Shown in pieces: positions 18,678-28,169 of a stretch of 64,000 nt of DNA. The translations under genes were made by a program, and so were the position numbers. Each line of letters starts with the position of its first letter. Position 1 is the first letter of the stretch. Source of the DNA: Polyangium mundeleinium (GTDB lineage: Bacteria > Myxococcota_A > Polyangia > Polyangiales > Polyangiaceae); NCBI RefSeq assembly GCF_028369105.1, contig NZ_JAQNDO010000001.1:1715711-1779710 (forward strand), read 5' to 3'. Under the pieces are notes generated by a model, which saw only the letters and a list, made by a program, of their open reading frames with translations, did no database searches and was not told the origin of the DNA.

Positions 18678-18702
18678 TTGTCCACCAACGATATGCGGAC
18701 AA
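18678..18702. promoter_or_regulatory. Perfect 6-bp palindrome pair TTGTCC-N13-GGACAA in the 5' region of the otsA fusion gene.
   Basis: The sequence ttgtccaccaacgatatgcggacaa lies about 30 to 55 nt upstream of the otsA start (minus strand), inside the 315-bp divergent intergenic region. That region is locally lower in GC. Confidence 0.3.
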
Positions 18703-18961
18703 ATACTGCTTTCCCGGACGAACGGCACCAGGGAGATTCGGAAACTTCTTGCAAGGCCCTGGGGACGTGGGTAAGGTGGCCGCGACGCTGACGAAGCGTC
18801 GCCCTATGGTCTCCTCGCGCTGAGCACGAACCCCCGCCATTGCGACGCCGCTGCTCCTCATTGGAGTCGAGTTCCGGTCGTTCGCTCGTGGCGGATCAGA
18901 AAACGTGGTTGCTGCCTGCTCGGACGTCGGCTTCGCGGCCGGCGTGTGTCTGGAGATCGGT

Positions 18962-19510
18962 ATGAGAAAACTCGTGTATCACGTCGCCATCACGGCGGAC
19001 GGCCGCATCGCGCGCGAAGATCATTCGTTCGATTTTTTCGTGATGGAAGGGGAGCACGCCGCCGATTACCTCGCATCCCTCGCGGGGTACGGCGCCGTCG
19101 TGATGGGCCGGCGCACGTATGAGCTCGGGCTGAAGGTGGGGGTCACGGACCCGTATCCGACGCTGGAGACGTACGTCTTCTCGCGGACGTTGAAGGAGAG
19201 CCCGAATCCACGCGTGAAGGTCATCGCGGAGGATGCCGTCGGCGTCCTCCGGAAGCTGAAGGCGCAGGAGGGCAAGCCCATGTACCTGTGCGGCGGCGGG
19301 GATTTCGCGGCGATGCTCCTCGCCGAGGGGCTCGTCGACGAGGTGCTGTTCAAGCTGAATCCGGTGCTGCTCGGCGCGGGGATCCCGGTGGTGTCGCGGC
19401 TCGCCGCGCCGGTGAACCTCACGCTCGTGTCGACGAAGGTGTACCGCAATGGAGTGTTGCTGCTCCAGTACGAGGTCCGTCCCTCGGCGCAAGCCGCCGG
19501 GAGCGTATGA
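18962..19510 (+). CDS. Dihydrofolate-reductase-like (RibD C-terminal domain / YwjB-like) family protein.
   Basis: MRKLVYHVAITADGRIA...MGRRTYE...YLCGGGDFAAMLLAEGLVDEV matches the RibD_C reductase family. The start is the internal Met of the track ORF. Confidence 0.7.
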   Translation: MRKLVYHVAITADGRIAREDHSFDFFVMEGEHAADYLASLAGYGAVVMGRRTYELGLKVGVTDPYPTLETYVFSRTLKESPNPRVKVIAEDAVGVLRKLKAQEGKPMYLCGGGDFAAMLLAEGLVDEVLFKLNPVLLGAGIPVVSRLAAPVNLTLVSTKVYRNGVLLLQYEVRPSAQAAGSV

Positions 19511-19587
19511 CCCTGGCGTGATGCAATCGCTGTGAAACAAGGGCGGGGGCGCGGGGCCCCCGTCCGTCCGTTTGCAAGCGAAGCGCC

Positions 19588-21009
19588 TCAGATTCGCTTC
19601 ATCTGCGTCGGCGCGAGGCGCGCGAACCGGAGGACGAGCGCCGTCGCGACGGCGAAGAGCGCCGCCGTGAGCCCCCACCAGATCCCGACCGCGCCCATCC
19701 CGACGGCAAACCCGAGCAAGAGCGCGAGCGGAATGCCGAACGCGTAATACCCGACCACGTTCGCATTTCGCGCCGACGTCGTATCCCCCGCACCCCGGAG
19801 CGCGCCCGCCGCGACCGCCTGCGCGCCGTCCGCGAGCTGGAAGATCGCGGCGATGCGAATGAGCGGGACCGCCGCCGCGATGACGTTGGGTTTGTCCGAG
19901 AGGATCCGCGCGCAGAACGCGGGCGCCGCGGCGAAGACGACGGCCGAGAGGCTCATCACGGCGCAGGTCGAGGCGATGCCGAGGAGGCCGGCTTGGCGAG
20001 CGCCCGTGGAATCCCCACGGCCGACGGCGCGGCCGACGAGGACCGAGGTCGCATTCGACATGCCGAGCGCGATGGTGAACGAGAGGCTCGCGAGGGAGAG
20101 CGCGACCTGATGGCCCGCGGCAGCCTCGGGGCCGATCCACCCAGCGAAGATGCCCGCGATCGAGAAGGCGCCGACCTCCGCGAGCAGGTGCGTGCCGATG
20201 GGCCAGCCGACCTGGACGATGGAGCGCGTGGTCTCGCGATCGGCGCGGAGCTCCTCGGCGCGGACCCTGCCCTCACGCCGGACGATGTCCCGGAACACGA
20301 CGCCAAAGGAGACGAGCGAGGCGATGCTCGACGCGAGGCCCGAGCCGAGGACGCCGAGCGCAGGCAAACCGACCCGCGGGAGGCCGATGTAGGCGAGGCC
20401 CTCGTCGCCGTAGATGAGGAGGACGTTGCCGACGATGTTCGTGGCGTTCGCCCATACGGCCGACCACACGAGCGCGCGCGTGTACCCGCGGGCCTGGAGG
20501 TACACGCGGCAGGCCGTGACCAGGAGGAAAGGCACGACGTTGAGGAGGCGGCCGAGCAAGAAGTGCAGGACGTTGCGCGAGGTCTCGGCGTCGATGCCGG
20601 CGCGGCCGACGAGGAGGCCGGCGAGGACGATGATCGCCATGCACGGGATCGACAAAACGAGGCCGAGGCGCGCGGCCTGGCCGAGCACGGCGCGGGCGCG
20701 GCTGCGATCGCCCGCGCCCTCGGCCTGGGACACGAGCGGATCCATGCCCAGGATGAGGCCCATGAAGAGCACGGTGATCGAGAAAAAGATGCCGTTGCCG
20801 ATGCCGACGGCGGCGAGCGCGGTGGCGTCGAGGCGGCCGACCATGGCGGTGTCGACGAAGCCGAGGAGCTGATTGGCGACGAAGCTCAGCGTGATGGGTC
20901 CGCCGAGGGCGGCGATCTCGCGCAGCTCCGCGCTCCGCGTCCGCGGTCCTGCGGCCACCGTCTCGTCCACGATGCGCGAAGCACTGGGAATCGGGGCCAC
21001 GTCACTCAT
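19588..21009 (-). CDS. MATE-family multidrug/oligosaccharidyl-lipid efflux transporter.
   Basis: The 473-aa protein has 12 predicted TM helices with a MATE-like repeat organisation. Confidence 0.85.
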   Translation of the reverse strand: MSDVAPIPSASRIVDETVAAGPRTRSAELREIAALGGPITLSFVANQLLGFVDTAMVGRLDATALAAVGIGNGIFFSITVLFMGLILGMDPLVSQAEGAGDRSRARAVLGQAARLGLVLSIPCMAIIVLAGLLVGRAGIDAETSRNVLHFLLGRLLNVVPFLLVTACRVYLQARGYTRALVWSAVWANATNIVGNVLLIYGDEGLAYIGLPRVGLPALGVLGSGLASSIASLVSFGVVFRDIVRREGRVRAEELRADRETTRSIVQVGWPIGTHLLAEVGAFSIAGIFAGWIGPEAAAGHQVALSLASLSFTIALGMSNATSVLVGRAVGRGDSTGARQAGLLGIASTCAVMSLSAVVFAAAPAFCARILSDKPNVIAAAVPLIRIAAIFQLADGAQAVAAGALRGAGDTTSARNANVVGYYAFGIPLALLLGFAVGMGAVGIWWGLTAALFAVATALVLRFARLAPTQMKRI

Positions 21010-21067
21010 GGAGGGCCCCGGTATACCTCGCCTGCGCGGGCGCGCCCGACGATTCCGTGCCTGGATC

Positions 21068-21532
21068 TCAGGCGGCGATTCGTTCGGCGATCGTGCGCAC
21101 GTCGAGCTGCGTGTAGTCCTTCTCGTGAGACGCGACGACAGCCTCGGCGACGTGGTTCGTGTGCGCGGCGAGCATGCTGCGCAGGAGGCCGAGGAACTTC
21201 GGCGGCGCGGCGAGGACGAGCTTGTGGAAGGCTTGCGTGTCGTAGAGCGCGGCGAGCCGGTCGGCGAGGCTACGCGCGAATTTCTCGGCCTCGACGTCCT
21301 TCGGATCGGTCCGGTAGTCCGGCGCGCTCTGGCCGCGTTTCCAGAACGTGCGGCCGGGTTTGTCCGCCATGAGATCGCGGGCCATCGCGCGGCTCTCGGG
21401 GTGCTCGAACTCCTCGACGAGCTCGAGCGGCGCGTTCTCCTCGAGGCCCTGCCGGAACAGGCGGGCTCGGCTCGCGTCGGCGACGAGGACGAACGTGATC
21501 CGTTCCGTTTCTTGCACGCGTTTTTCTTGCAC
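21068..21532 (-). CDS. Host-attachment-protein (Hap, PF10116) family protein.
   Basis: ERITFVLVADASRARLF...LELVEEFEHPESRAMARDLMADKPGR matches the Hap family fold. The start is uncertain: the family normally begins near the ITFVLVAD block. Confidence 0.55.
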   Translation of the reverse strand: MQEKRVQETERITFVLVADASRARLFRQGLEENAPLELVEEFEHPESRAMARDLMADKPGRTFWKRGQSAPDYRTDPKDVEAEKFARSLADRLAALYDTQAFHKLVLAAPPKFLGLLRSMLAAHTNHVAEAVVASHEKDYTQLDVRTIAERIAA

Positions 21533-21683
21533 GCGTCCCTCCTCTCGCGCCTCGTCGGCGCGACGCGCGGAACATGGAGGGGTCGGGTGCGTCCGGCAAT
21601 GGAGCGAGGGCGCGCTTGACGTGGAGGAGCCGGGGGACTAGGCCGGCCGTCCCTCGACCGAGTCGGCCGAGAAAGAGGACCGC

Positions 21684-21986
21684 ATGAGCCTGACAGGAAA
21701 GCAGCGCCGCCACCTGCGCGCGCTCGGCCATCACCTGGATCCCGTGGTCCAGCTCGGCAAACACGGGCTGACCGACGGGATTGTCTCCGCCGTGAACGAC
21801 GCGCTCGAGCAGCATGAGCTGGTCAAGGTGCGGGTCGGGACGGAGTGCCCCGACGAGCGCGGCGATCTCGCCGAAAAGATCCCGCCCGCCGTGCGCGCCG
21901 AGCTCGTGCAGGTGCTCGGTCGGACGATCTTGCTCTACCGGCGTCACCCGAAGGAGCCGAAGATCACGCTCCCGAAGGCCGGCTGA
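21684..21986 (+). CDS. yhbY: YhbY/CRS1 (CRM-domain) RNA-binding protein.
   Basis: The 100-aa protein reads LTGKQRRHLRALGHHLDPVVQLGKHGLTDGIVSAVNDALEQHELVKVRV, a canonical CRM domain with the GxxG loop. Confidence 0.8.
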   Translation: MSLTGKQRRHLRALGHHLDPVVQLGKHGLTDGIVSAVNDALEQHELVKVRVGTECPDERGDLAEKIPPAVRAELVQVLGRTILLYRRHPKEPKITLPKAG

Positions 21987-21999
21987 GCGCGGCCGGCCG

Positions 22000-22241
22000 T
22001 CAGGGCTTGCCGCGGGTATTTTCCTGCGGAGCGGCCAGGCGGGCGAGGATACGCTGAAGCTCCTCGACGCTCATGTCGATGTATTCGACGACGCGGCCGT
22101 AGAGCATCGCCGTGGGCACGTTGCGGCCCCCGCGCTCCTCCTGCGTCTTGTGGAGGACATAGAGCACGATGCGCTCCTTGCGGGTCAAGCCATCCCGCAC
22201 GTCGGGGAGGTTGTCGTAGGGGCCGGGCTGGTAGCGCTTCA
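22000..22241 (-). CDS. Small (80 aa) hypothetical protein.
   Basis: This is the unbiased C-terminal end of the 486-aa minus artefact ORF: MKRYQPGPYDNLPDVRDGLTRKERIVLYVLHKTQEERGGRNVPTAMLYGRVVEYIDMSVEELQRILARLAAPQE. It is divergent from the pseudokinase gene. Confidence 0.4.
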
Positions 22242-22347
22242 TGGTGCGGGAGCGTGGGCGTCTCTCGCCCAGACGCACGCTCCTACCCCTCCCGCCGAGG
22301 GCATGCAAGAATGGGCGCGCGATCCGGTTCGCCGACAACGACGAGTC

Positions 22348-24333
22348 ATGCGCTCCGCCAACGACATCCATCCCGGCGCCCTGATCGGCGGTAAATACCG
22401 CGTTCGCGCCATCCTCGGGCGTAAACATGGCCTCACGGTGGACGCGTTCCACACCGCGTTCGACCAGCGGGCCATCATCAAGCTGCTCCTGCCGCACCAG
22501 GCCGATGCGCGCGAGATCGAGCGCTTCCGCCGCGAGGCGCGCGCCCTCTCGAAGATCGCCTCCGAGCACGTCGCCCGCATCATCGACGTCGGCAACGAGG
22601 CCGACGGGACGTTTTACCTCGTCCGGCAGTACCTCGAAGGCATCGACCTCGAACGGCACGTCCGCAAGACCGGCCCGCTGCCGCTGCACGACGCGATCCT
22701 GTTCGCGCTGCAAGCCTGCGAGGCCGTGGCCGAGGCGCACGCGAACAGCATCGTCGTGCGTGATCTGGAGCCGTCGCACCTCTTCCTCACGCAGCGGACC
22801 GGCGGCGCGCCGCTCATCAAGATCACGGAGTTCGGCACGGCGAAGCTGCTCGGCGGCGCGCAGGACGCGACGGGCGAGCTCACGGGGACGGCGATGTTCG
22901 GGCTCACGCCGTACGCGTCGCCGGAACTCGTGCGAAAGGCGAAGGACGTCGACGCGCGCACGGATGTGTGGTCGCTCGGGACGATCCTCTACGAGATGCT
23001 CGCAGGTCGTCCGCCGTTCCAGGGTGAAGCCGCGTACCTGATGCTGCAGATCACGCGCGAAGAGCCGATGCGCGTGTCGCAACTGCGCGGCGATGTGCCT
23101 GCGGAGCTCGACACGGTGATCGGCTGGGCGCTCGCGAAGGACGTGGAGGCGCGCTTCCGGAGCGTGCACGCGTTCGCGCACGCGCTTTTGCCGTTCTCGC
23201 CGCCCGAGGGCCGGCTGCTCGTGGATCGGATCGGGCAGATCGCGCAGGCCGCGCGGGAGAGGAAGACGACCGGATCGGTGCCGCCGCCCGCGCCGCCGCC
23301 GTCGTCCCCGGCCACCGCGTCCGCGTGGCTGCCCGCGCCGACGCCGCCGCCCATGGGCGGGGGCATCGTGAACCCCGAGTTCGCGCACCTGCCCGCCGAC
23401 GACGACGCCGAGACAGGCGTGCACCTCGGCTCGGGGATCTACGGAGCGCCGGTGCCGCAAAGGTACATGGCTTCGGCGCTTCAGCAGGCTGCACCCGCGC
23501 AGGTGCCGATGGACGAGCCGATGACGGAGGTGTTCTCCGGGCCGGTCGTCATGCCTGCGGCTGCACCAGCGCCTGCGCCTGCGCCCGTTGCAGCGCCTGC
23601 GCCCGCTGTCGCTGCCGCACCTGCGCCCGCACCCGCGGCGGAGCCTGCGCCTGCACCGGCTGCCGCACCTGCACCTGCTCCCGCTGCCGCACCTGCACCT
23701 GCGCCCGCCGTCGCGCCCGACAGCTCGCGCATGATCCGCGTGCTCCTCGCGTTCTGCGCGGTCGGCTTGCTCGGCGTCGTCGTGCTCATGGTCATGCTCC
23801 TGCGCAAGCAGTCCGGCGAGCCGTCCGCCTCGACGACTTCGCAGTCCCAGGAGAACGGGCCCATCGCGATTCCCACGCCTCCGCCCGTCGCCACGCCCGC
23901 TCCATCGGCCGTCGCCGCGCCCCCGAGCACGCCAGCTCCTTCGGCCGCGCCCCCTCCGGCCGAGACCGCCTCCGCGGCGGCGTCTGCCGAGCCGCCCGCG
24001 TCCTCCGCGTCGGCCGTCGCGGCCGCCACGCCGCCGCCCTCGGGTGGGGACGAAGCGCCGAAGGGCGGCAGCGCCGGCGCGTCCGAGCCGACGAGCAAAG
24101 CGGCCCCGACGCCCGCGCCGGCCGCGGCGACCGGAACCCTCGTCGCCGTGGCGGTCGGCGGTCCGTGTTCGTTCACCGTGAACGGGGCCTCGAAGGGGAA
24201 GTCGTCGTCGCTGCGTTTGTCGCTGAAGGCCGGCACCTACTCGGTGACGTGCAAACCCACGAGCGGCGCCGCGAAGTCGAAGAGCGTGACCGTTCGACCG
24301 GGCGAAACGGCCATGGCCATGTTCAAGCTCTGA
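22348..24333 (+). CDS. Degenerate Hanks-type Ser/Thr kinase (probable pseudokinase) with an (Ala-Pro)n linker, one TM helix and a Ser/Ala/Pro-rich C-terminal tail.
   Basis: The kinase fold is recognisable but three catalytic motifs are altered. The HRDLKPxN motif reads VRDLEPSH, DFG reads TEFG, and the Gly-rich loop is weak (GGKYRVRA). The AxK Lys is kept (IIKLL) and the APE-like ASPEL is present. After the domain come APAPAPAPVAAPAPAV... repeats and then a TM helix (MIRVLLAFCAVGLLGVVVLMVMLL). Confidence 0.75.
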   Translation: MRSANDIHPGALIGGKYRVRAILGRKHGLTVDAFHTAFDQRAIIKLLLPHQADAREIERFRREARALSKIASEHVARIIDVGNEADGTFYLVRQYLEGIDLERHVRKTGPLPLHDAILFALQACEAVAEAHANSIVVRDLEPSHLFLTQRTGGAPLIKITEFGTAKLLGGAQDATGELTGTAMFGLTPYASPELVRKAKDVDARTDVWSLGTILYEMLAGRPPFQGEAAYLMLQITREEPMRVSQLRGDVPAELDTVIGWALAKDVEARFRSVHAFAHALLPFSPPEGRLLVDRIGQIAQAARERKTTGSVPPPAPPPSSPATASAWLPAPTPPPMGGGIVNPEFAHLPADDDAETGVHLGSGIYGAPVPQRYMASALQQAAPAQVPMDEPMTEVFSGPVVMPAAAPAPAPAPVAAPAPAVAAAPAPAPAAEPAPAPAAAPAPAPAAAPAPAPAVAPDSSRMIRVLLAFCAVGLLGVVVLMVMLLRKQSGEPSASTTSQSQENGPIAIPTPPPVATPAPSAVAAPPSTPAPSAAPPPAETASAAASAEPPASSASAVAAATPPPSGGDEAPKGGSAGASEPTSKAAPTPAPAAATGTLVAVAVGGPCSFTVNGASKGKSSSLRLSLKAGTYSVTCKPTSGAAKSKSVTVRPGETAMAMFKL

Positions 24334-24537
24334 GGCGGTTCGGGCAAGCGTCCATCCCCGTTCGTACGGGACGGCCCGGCTGCGGGATGGGCGCGCGGCT
24401 TGCTTTCGTGGGTGGCGGACCGTGCGGCATCAGGCCCGCACCTCCGGGGCAAGACGGTGAACCATCAAGAAGCGTTGCGGATCGAACCCGACCGTAGCAG
24501 CAGCCCACACCTTCCCGATCTGCGCGGGCCGCGGCGC

Positions 24538-25587
24538 GTGGACGGAGCGGAGAGCCGAGTCGGACAGCTCCTCGAAGCGCTGCGAAAGCACGAAGGCAGG
24601 CACGTCGTCGTCATCCGGGGATACCCGGACCCCGACAGCCTGGCGAGCGCATGGGCCCATCAAAGGCTCGCCGCGAGCGTGGGCATCGAGTGCGACATCG
24701 CGCACCTGCCGCTCGTGAGCCGAGCGGAAAATCGGGCGATGGTGAATTTGCTCGATCTCCCGCTCGTCCGCGTGACCGCGGCGGAAGACCTCGACCGGTA
24801 CAGCGCGCTGAGCCTGGTCGACGCAAACTCGATCGAGCTGCCGAGCAGCGCAGGGCTGCCTTGCGTATCCATCGTGGATCATCACGCCATTCAGGGAAAA
24901 CTCAACGCGGATTTCGTGGACATCCGGCTCGGCGTGGGCGCGGCGAGCACGATCTACACAGAGTACGTGATCGAGGCGCCGACGCGGGTCCTGGAGAGCG
25001 GGGCGATCGCGACGAGGCTCGCGACCGCGCTCGCGTACGGGATCCGGAGCGATACGGATGATCTGCTGCACGCGAGCGCCGACGATCTGCGGGCGCTCGC
25101 GAGCATCATCGAGCTCGTGGACACGGACGTGCTGAGCGCGCTGTCGCGGTACGCGATCCCGTCGAGCTCGATGCGGATCATGCGGCGGGCGCTGGAGGCG
25201 ATGCAGGTGGAGGGGACGTGGGTCTTCGCGGGCGTGGGGCAGGTGCGCTCGCAGGACCGAGACGCGATCGGGCAAGCCGCCGACTTCCTCCTCCGGCGCG
25301 AGGGGATCAAGACGGCGATCACGTTCGGCCTGGTCGAGGGGTGGATCGACGGCTCGCTGCGCACGAACGACGCGTCGCTGGATCCGGCGACGTGGCTGCG
25401 CGACGCGTTCGGCATCGGCCCGCTCGGGATGCCCTACGGCGGCGGGCGGCGCGGCAAAGGCGGCTTCCAGATCCCGCTCGGGCCGCTCGCGGCCTGCCCG
25501 AACCAGGACGCGCTGTGGCAGGTTGTCCGGGAAATGGTCGAGGACACGATCCGGAAACGGATCGGCACGTCGGACGAAGGCGGCTGA
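24538..25587 (+). CDS. DHH-family phosphoesterase (NrnA-like oligoribonuclease / pAp phosphatase).
   Basis: The DHH motif (SIVDHH), the DHHA1-like C-terminus and GGGRRGKGGFQ (the GGGH-like motif) are present. I place the start at a GTG; the track ORF begins at 24400, so the 5' end is uncertain. Confidence 0.65.
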   Translation: MDGAESRVGQLLEALRKHEGRHVVVIRGYPDPDSLASAWAHQRLAASVGIECDIAHLPLVSRAENRAMVNLLDLPLVRVTAAEDLDRYSALSLVDANSIELPSSAGLPCVSIVDHHAIQGKLNADFVDIRLGVGAASTIYTEYVIEAPTRVLESGAIATRLATALAYGIRSDTDDLLHASADDLRALASIIELVDTDVLSALSRYAIPSSSMRIMRRALEAMQVEGTWVFAGVGQVRSQDRDAIGQAADFLLRREGIKTAITFGLVEGWIDGSLRTNDASLDPATWLRDAFGIGPLGMPYGGGRRGKGGFQIPLGPLAACPNQDALWQVVREMVEDTIRKRIGTSDEGG

Positions 25588-25644
25588 GCGAATCGTCGTC
25601 GTCGTCGAAATCGAGGAATCTTGGGAAATCGAGGGGCGTCCGGG

Positions 25645-26133
25645 TCAAACCGGGCGCCCTTCGTGTCCGCGGGGGACGGCGACGAGGGTCGGCTCGGCGG
25701 GCGGTTTGTCCTTGGCGGGCTCGCTGTCCGCGGCGCCGTCGCTGAAGGCGGCCGAGAGCTCGTTCACGAGGGCGAGCGCGTCGAAGGGCTTGGGGAAGAC
25801 ACGGCGGACGTCGAGGCCCATGATGCGCCGGCGGAGCTCGACGTGCGCCGAGACGACGATGATCACGCCCGGCCGCGTCTCGGGGGGTTTGCCGAGCAGC
25901 GCCCGAATGACGCCCACGCCGTCGAGGCGCGGCATCATCAAATCGATGACGAGCGCGTCGACACGATGGCGCTCGAGCAGCTTGAGGGCCTCGACGCCGT
26001 CGGCGGCGAGCAAGACGTCGAAGTCCGATACGACCAGGAGGTTGCGCATCGAATATCGAATCTCGTCGTCGTCATCGACGATCAGAACGGTTGGTCGCGA
26101 GCGCTTTCCCAATTTCGTGCCCCCCACTGGCAA
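25645..26133 (-). CDS. Single-domain response regulator (CheY-like receiver).
   Basis: TVLIVDDDDEIRYSMRNLL..VLLAADGVEAL....DALVIDLMMPRLDGVGV...VIIVSAH contains the phospho-acceptor Asp and the conserved Lys. The start is TTG or GTG and uncertain. Confidence 0.8.
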   Translation of the reverse strand: MPVGGTKLGKRSRPTVLIVDDDDEIRYSMRNLLVVSDFDVLLAADGVEALKLLERHRVDALVIDLMMPRLDGVGVIRALLGKPPETRPGVIIVVSAHVELRRRIMGLDVRRVFPKPFDALALVNELSAAFSDGAADSEPAKDKPPAEPTLVAVPRGHEGRPV

Positions 26134-27290
26134 TGAACCACTCCGTCCCTAATGAAGCCACCGTCGACGAACGCAAGGTGGTAACCGTGCAGGAGACGAC
26201 GATCGATTGGACCGAAGTGATCGCGCGGGCGCCCGATGGGGTGGTCTGCGCGGACGAACGTGGGCGGATCGTGTACGCCAATCCCGCGGCAGAGCGTCTC
26301 CTCGGGCGCTCGCCCGGAGAGCTCGTCGGAGAGTCGTTCCCCGAGCTCGTGGCGCTTCCCGACGGGGAAGGGCTTCGCTGGGACGAGGCGACGGTCGCGC
26401 CGGAGCGAGCCATCGGGCATCGAAAGGACGGGACGAACGTGCCGCTCGAGGTCTCGCTCGTGCCGCCCGGGGGCCACGCGTTCGCGACAGCCTTCGTGCG
26501 GGATCTGTCGGCGAGTGATCGGTCGGTCACGACGAAGTTGCTCGCCGCCGAGCGCGAGTCGTTCCTGTCGATGGCCGCGCATCAGCTCCGCGCGCCGATC
26601 CAGCCGGTGCTGAACTCGCTACGGACGATCGAGCGCGCGCTCGCCATCGGGACGACGCCGCCCGACGGGACGATGGCGCGCGCGCTGCGGCAGACGCTCC
26701 GGCTCGGGCGGCTCGTGGACGCGATCCTGAGCGACGCCGCGGCGATCGAGCGCGGGACGCTGGAAGTGCATGTGTCGCCCTTCGACCTCGCGGTCTTCAC
26801 GCGCGAGGTGGTGGAGGACTTCCGCCTGGCCGCGCCGTCGCAGCGGCTCGAGTACCACGGGCCCGGCGATGGGGTGCCCGTGACGTCGGATCCGGATCGG
26901 GTGCACCAGATCCTGATCAGCCTCATCGACAACGCGATGAAGTACTCGGGGCGGCAGCGCGTGGTGACGGTGGAGGTCGAGGGGACGGAGTCACGCGTGC
27001 GGGTGCGCGTGATCGATCAGGGGATCGGGATCCCGGCGGCGGAGCAGGCCAGCGTGTTCGGCAAGTTTTACCGCGGCTCGAACGTGCCGACGTCGGCGAG
27101 CGGGCTCGGTGTGGGGCTCTATCTCGCGCAAGGGCTCGCGAAGCGTCTGCACGGCAGCTTGACGGTCGCGAGCGAGGTGGGGCGAGGGAGCGCCTTCTCG
27201 CTGGTGCTGCCGAGGCATTGGCCGGAGGGCAAGGGCGTAGCGGCGCCGGCCCAACGAGGGAACCGCGATGAAAGCCGCCCGCCGCATTGA
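26133..27290 (+). CDS. PAS-domain sensor histidine kinase (PAS - HisKA - HATPase_c).
   Basis: The PAS block (APDGVVCADERGRIVYANPAAERLLG) is followed by the H-box (AAHQLRAPI), N-box (LISLIDNAMKYS), G1 (IDQGIGIP) and G2 (GLGVGLYLA). The ATG abuts the start of the divergent receiver gene. Confidence 0.8.
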   Translation: MNHSVPNEATVDERKVVTVQETTIDWTEVIARAPDGVVCADERGRIVYANPAAERLLGRSPGELVGESFPELVALPDGEGLRWDEATVAPERAIGHRKDGTNVPLEVSLVPPGGHAFATAFVRDLSASDRSVTTKLLAAERESFLSMAAHQLRAPIQPVLNSLRTIERALAIGTTPPDGTMARALRQTLRLGRLVDAILSDAAAIERGTLEVHVSPFDLAVFTREVVEDFRLAAPSQRLEYHGPGDGVPVTSDPDRVHQILISLIDNAMKYSGRQRVVTVEVEGTESRVRVRVIDQGIGIPAAEQASVFGKFYRGSNVPTSASGLGVGLYLAQGLAKRLHGSLTVASEVGRGSAFSLVLPRHWPEGKGVAAPAQRGNRDESRPPH

Positions 27291-28101
27291 GCCGAGCTAC
27301 GAGGCGCTCGCGGCCAGGCTCGCCGAGGCCCAGGCGGAGAACACGCGCCTCCGACAGGAAAACGAGTGCTTCGCGCACGAGCGCGCCGAGAGGGAGGCCG
27401 CCGAGGAAGAGGCGCGGCTGGAGATGAGGACGTTCTTCGCGCTGATCGCGCATCAGCTCAAGAACCCGCTTCTGCCGCTGGAGGTCTCGCTCATGACGCT
27501 CGCGCGGGCGCTCGAGCGAGGGACGAGCGTCCCGCCCGACACGTTCCCGCGGACGATGCGGCAGGCGCGCAGGCTGGGCCGTTTGATCGACGCGTTGCTC
27601 GTGGACCTGCCCCGTATCGAGGACGGATCGCTGCACGTGGCGGCGCTCTCGTTCGACCTCCGCGAGCCGGTGCGGCGGGCGGTGGGCGAGGCGCGGCTGA
27701 TGCTGGAGTCGCGGACGTTCACGCTTCACGAGCCCGCCTCGCCGGTGCGCGTGCGGGGCGACCCGGAGCGGGTGGAGCAGATCGTGGTGTCGCTCGTGGA
27801 GAACGCGGTGAAGTACTCGCCGCCCGAGGCGCCGATCTGCGTGCGGGTGATCTCCGAGGACGCGGCAAGCGCGATGGTGGTCGTGGAGGACCGGGGGATC
27901 GGCATCCCGGCGCGCGAGCTCGGCCAGGTGTTCACGAAGTTCTATCGGGGTTCCAACGCGCCGAGCTACCTGTATCGCGGGCTGGGTGTAGGTCTGTACC
28001 TGGCACACCACTTGGCGACGCTCTGCCGAGGTCGTTTGTCGGTCGAGAGCGTGGAAGGCCAGGGGACGATCTGTCGGCTTTGCATCCCGCTCGACGCGTG
28101 A
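27268..28101 (+). CDS. Histidine kinase lacking a sensor domain (coiled-coil - HisKA - HATPase_c).
   Basis: The H-box (AHQLKNPL), N-box (VVSLVENAVKYS), G1 (EDRGIGIP) and G2 (GLGVGLYLA) are present. It is a paralogue of the upstream kinase and overlaps its 3' end by 23 nt. Confidence 0.8.
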   Translation: MKAARRIEPSYEALAARLAEAQAENTRLRQENECFAHERAEREAAEEEARLEMRTFFALIAHQLKNPLLPLEVSLMTLARALERGTSVPPDTFPRTMRQARRLGRLIDALLVDLPRIEDGSLHVAALSFDLREPVRRAVGEARLMLESRTFTLHEPASPVRVRGDPERVEQIVVSLVENAVKYSPPEAPICVRVISEDAASAMVVVEDRGIGIPARELGQVFTKFYRGSNAPSYLYRGLGVGLYLAHHLATLCRGRLSVESVEGQGTICRLCIPLDA

Positions 28102-28169
28102 TCACGCGCCTCGACCGTGCGGGCCTTGCTCAGGCCGCGTGGCGCGCCCGTTGCTGGGAGCGCGAGGCG

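Noticed and set aside
16711-18861. A 716-aa minus ORF overlapping the otsA fusion gene in another frame.
   Set aside because: It is Arg/Pro-rich junk. The in-frame reading with glycosyltransferase and HAD motifs is clearly correct.
26133-26135. Apparent zero-length intergenic region between the divergent receiver and PAS-kinase genes.
   Set aside because: I did not accept it as real biology. It more likely means that one or both start codons are downstream of the track-assigned ones (for example a GTG inside the PAS gene N-terminus), so I flag it as a start-site uncertainty only.
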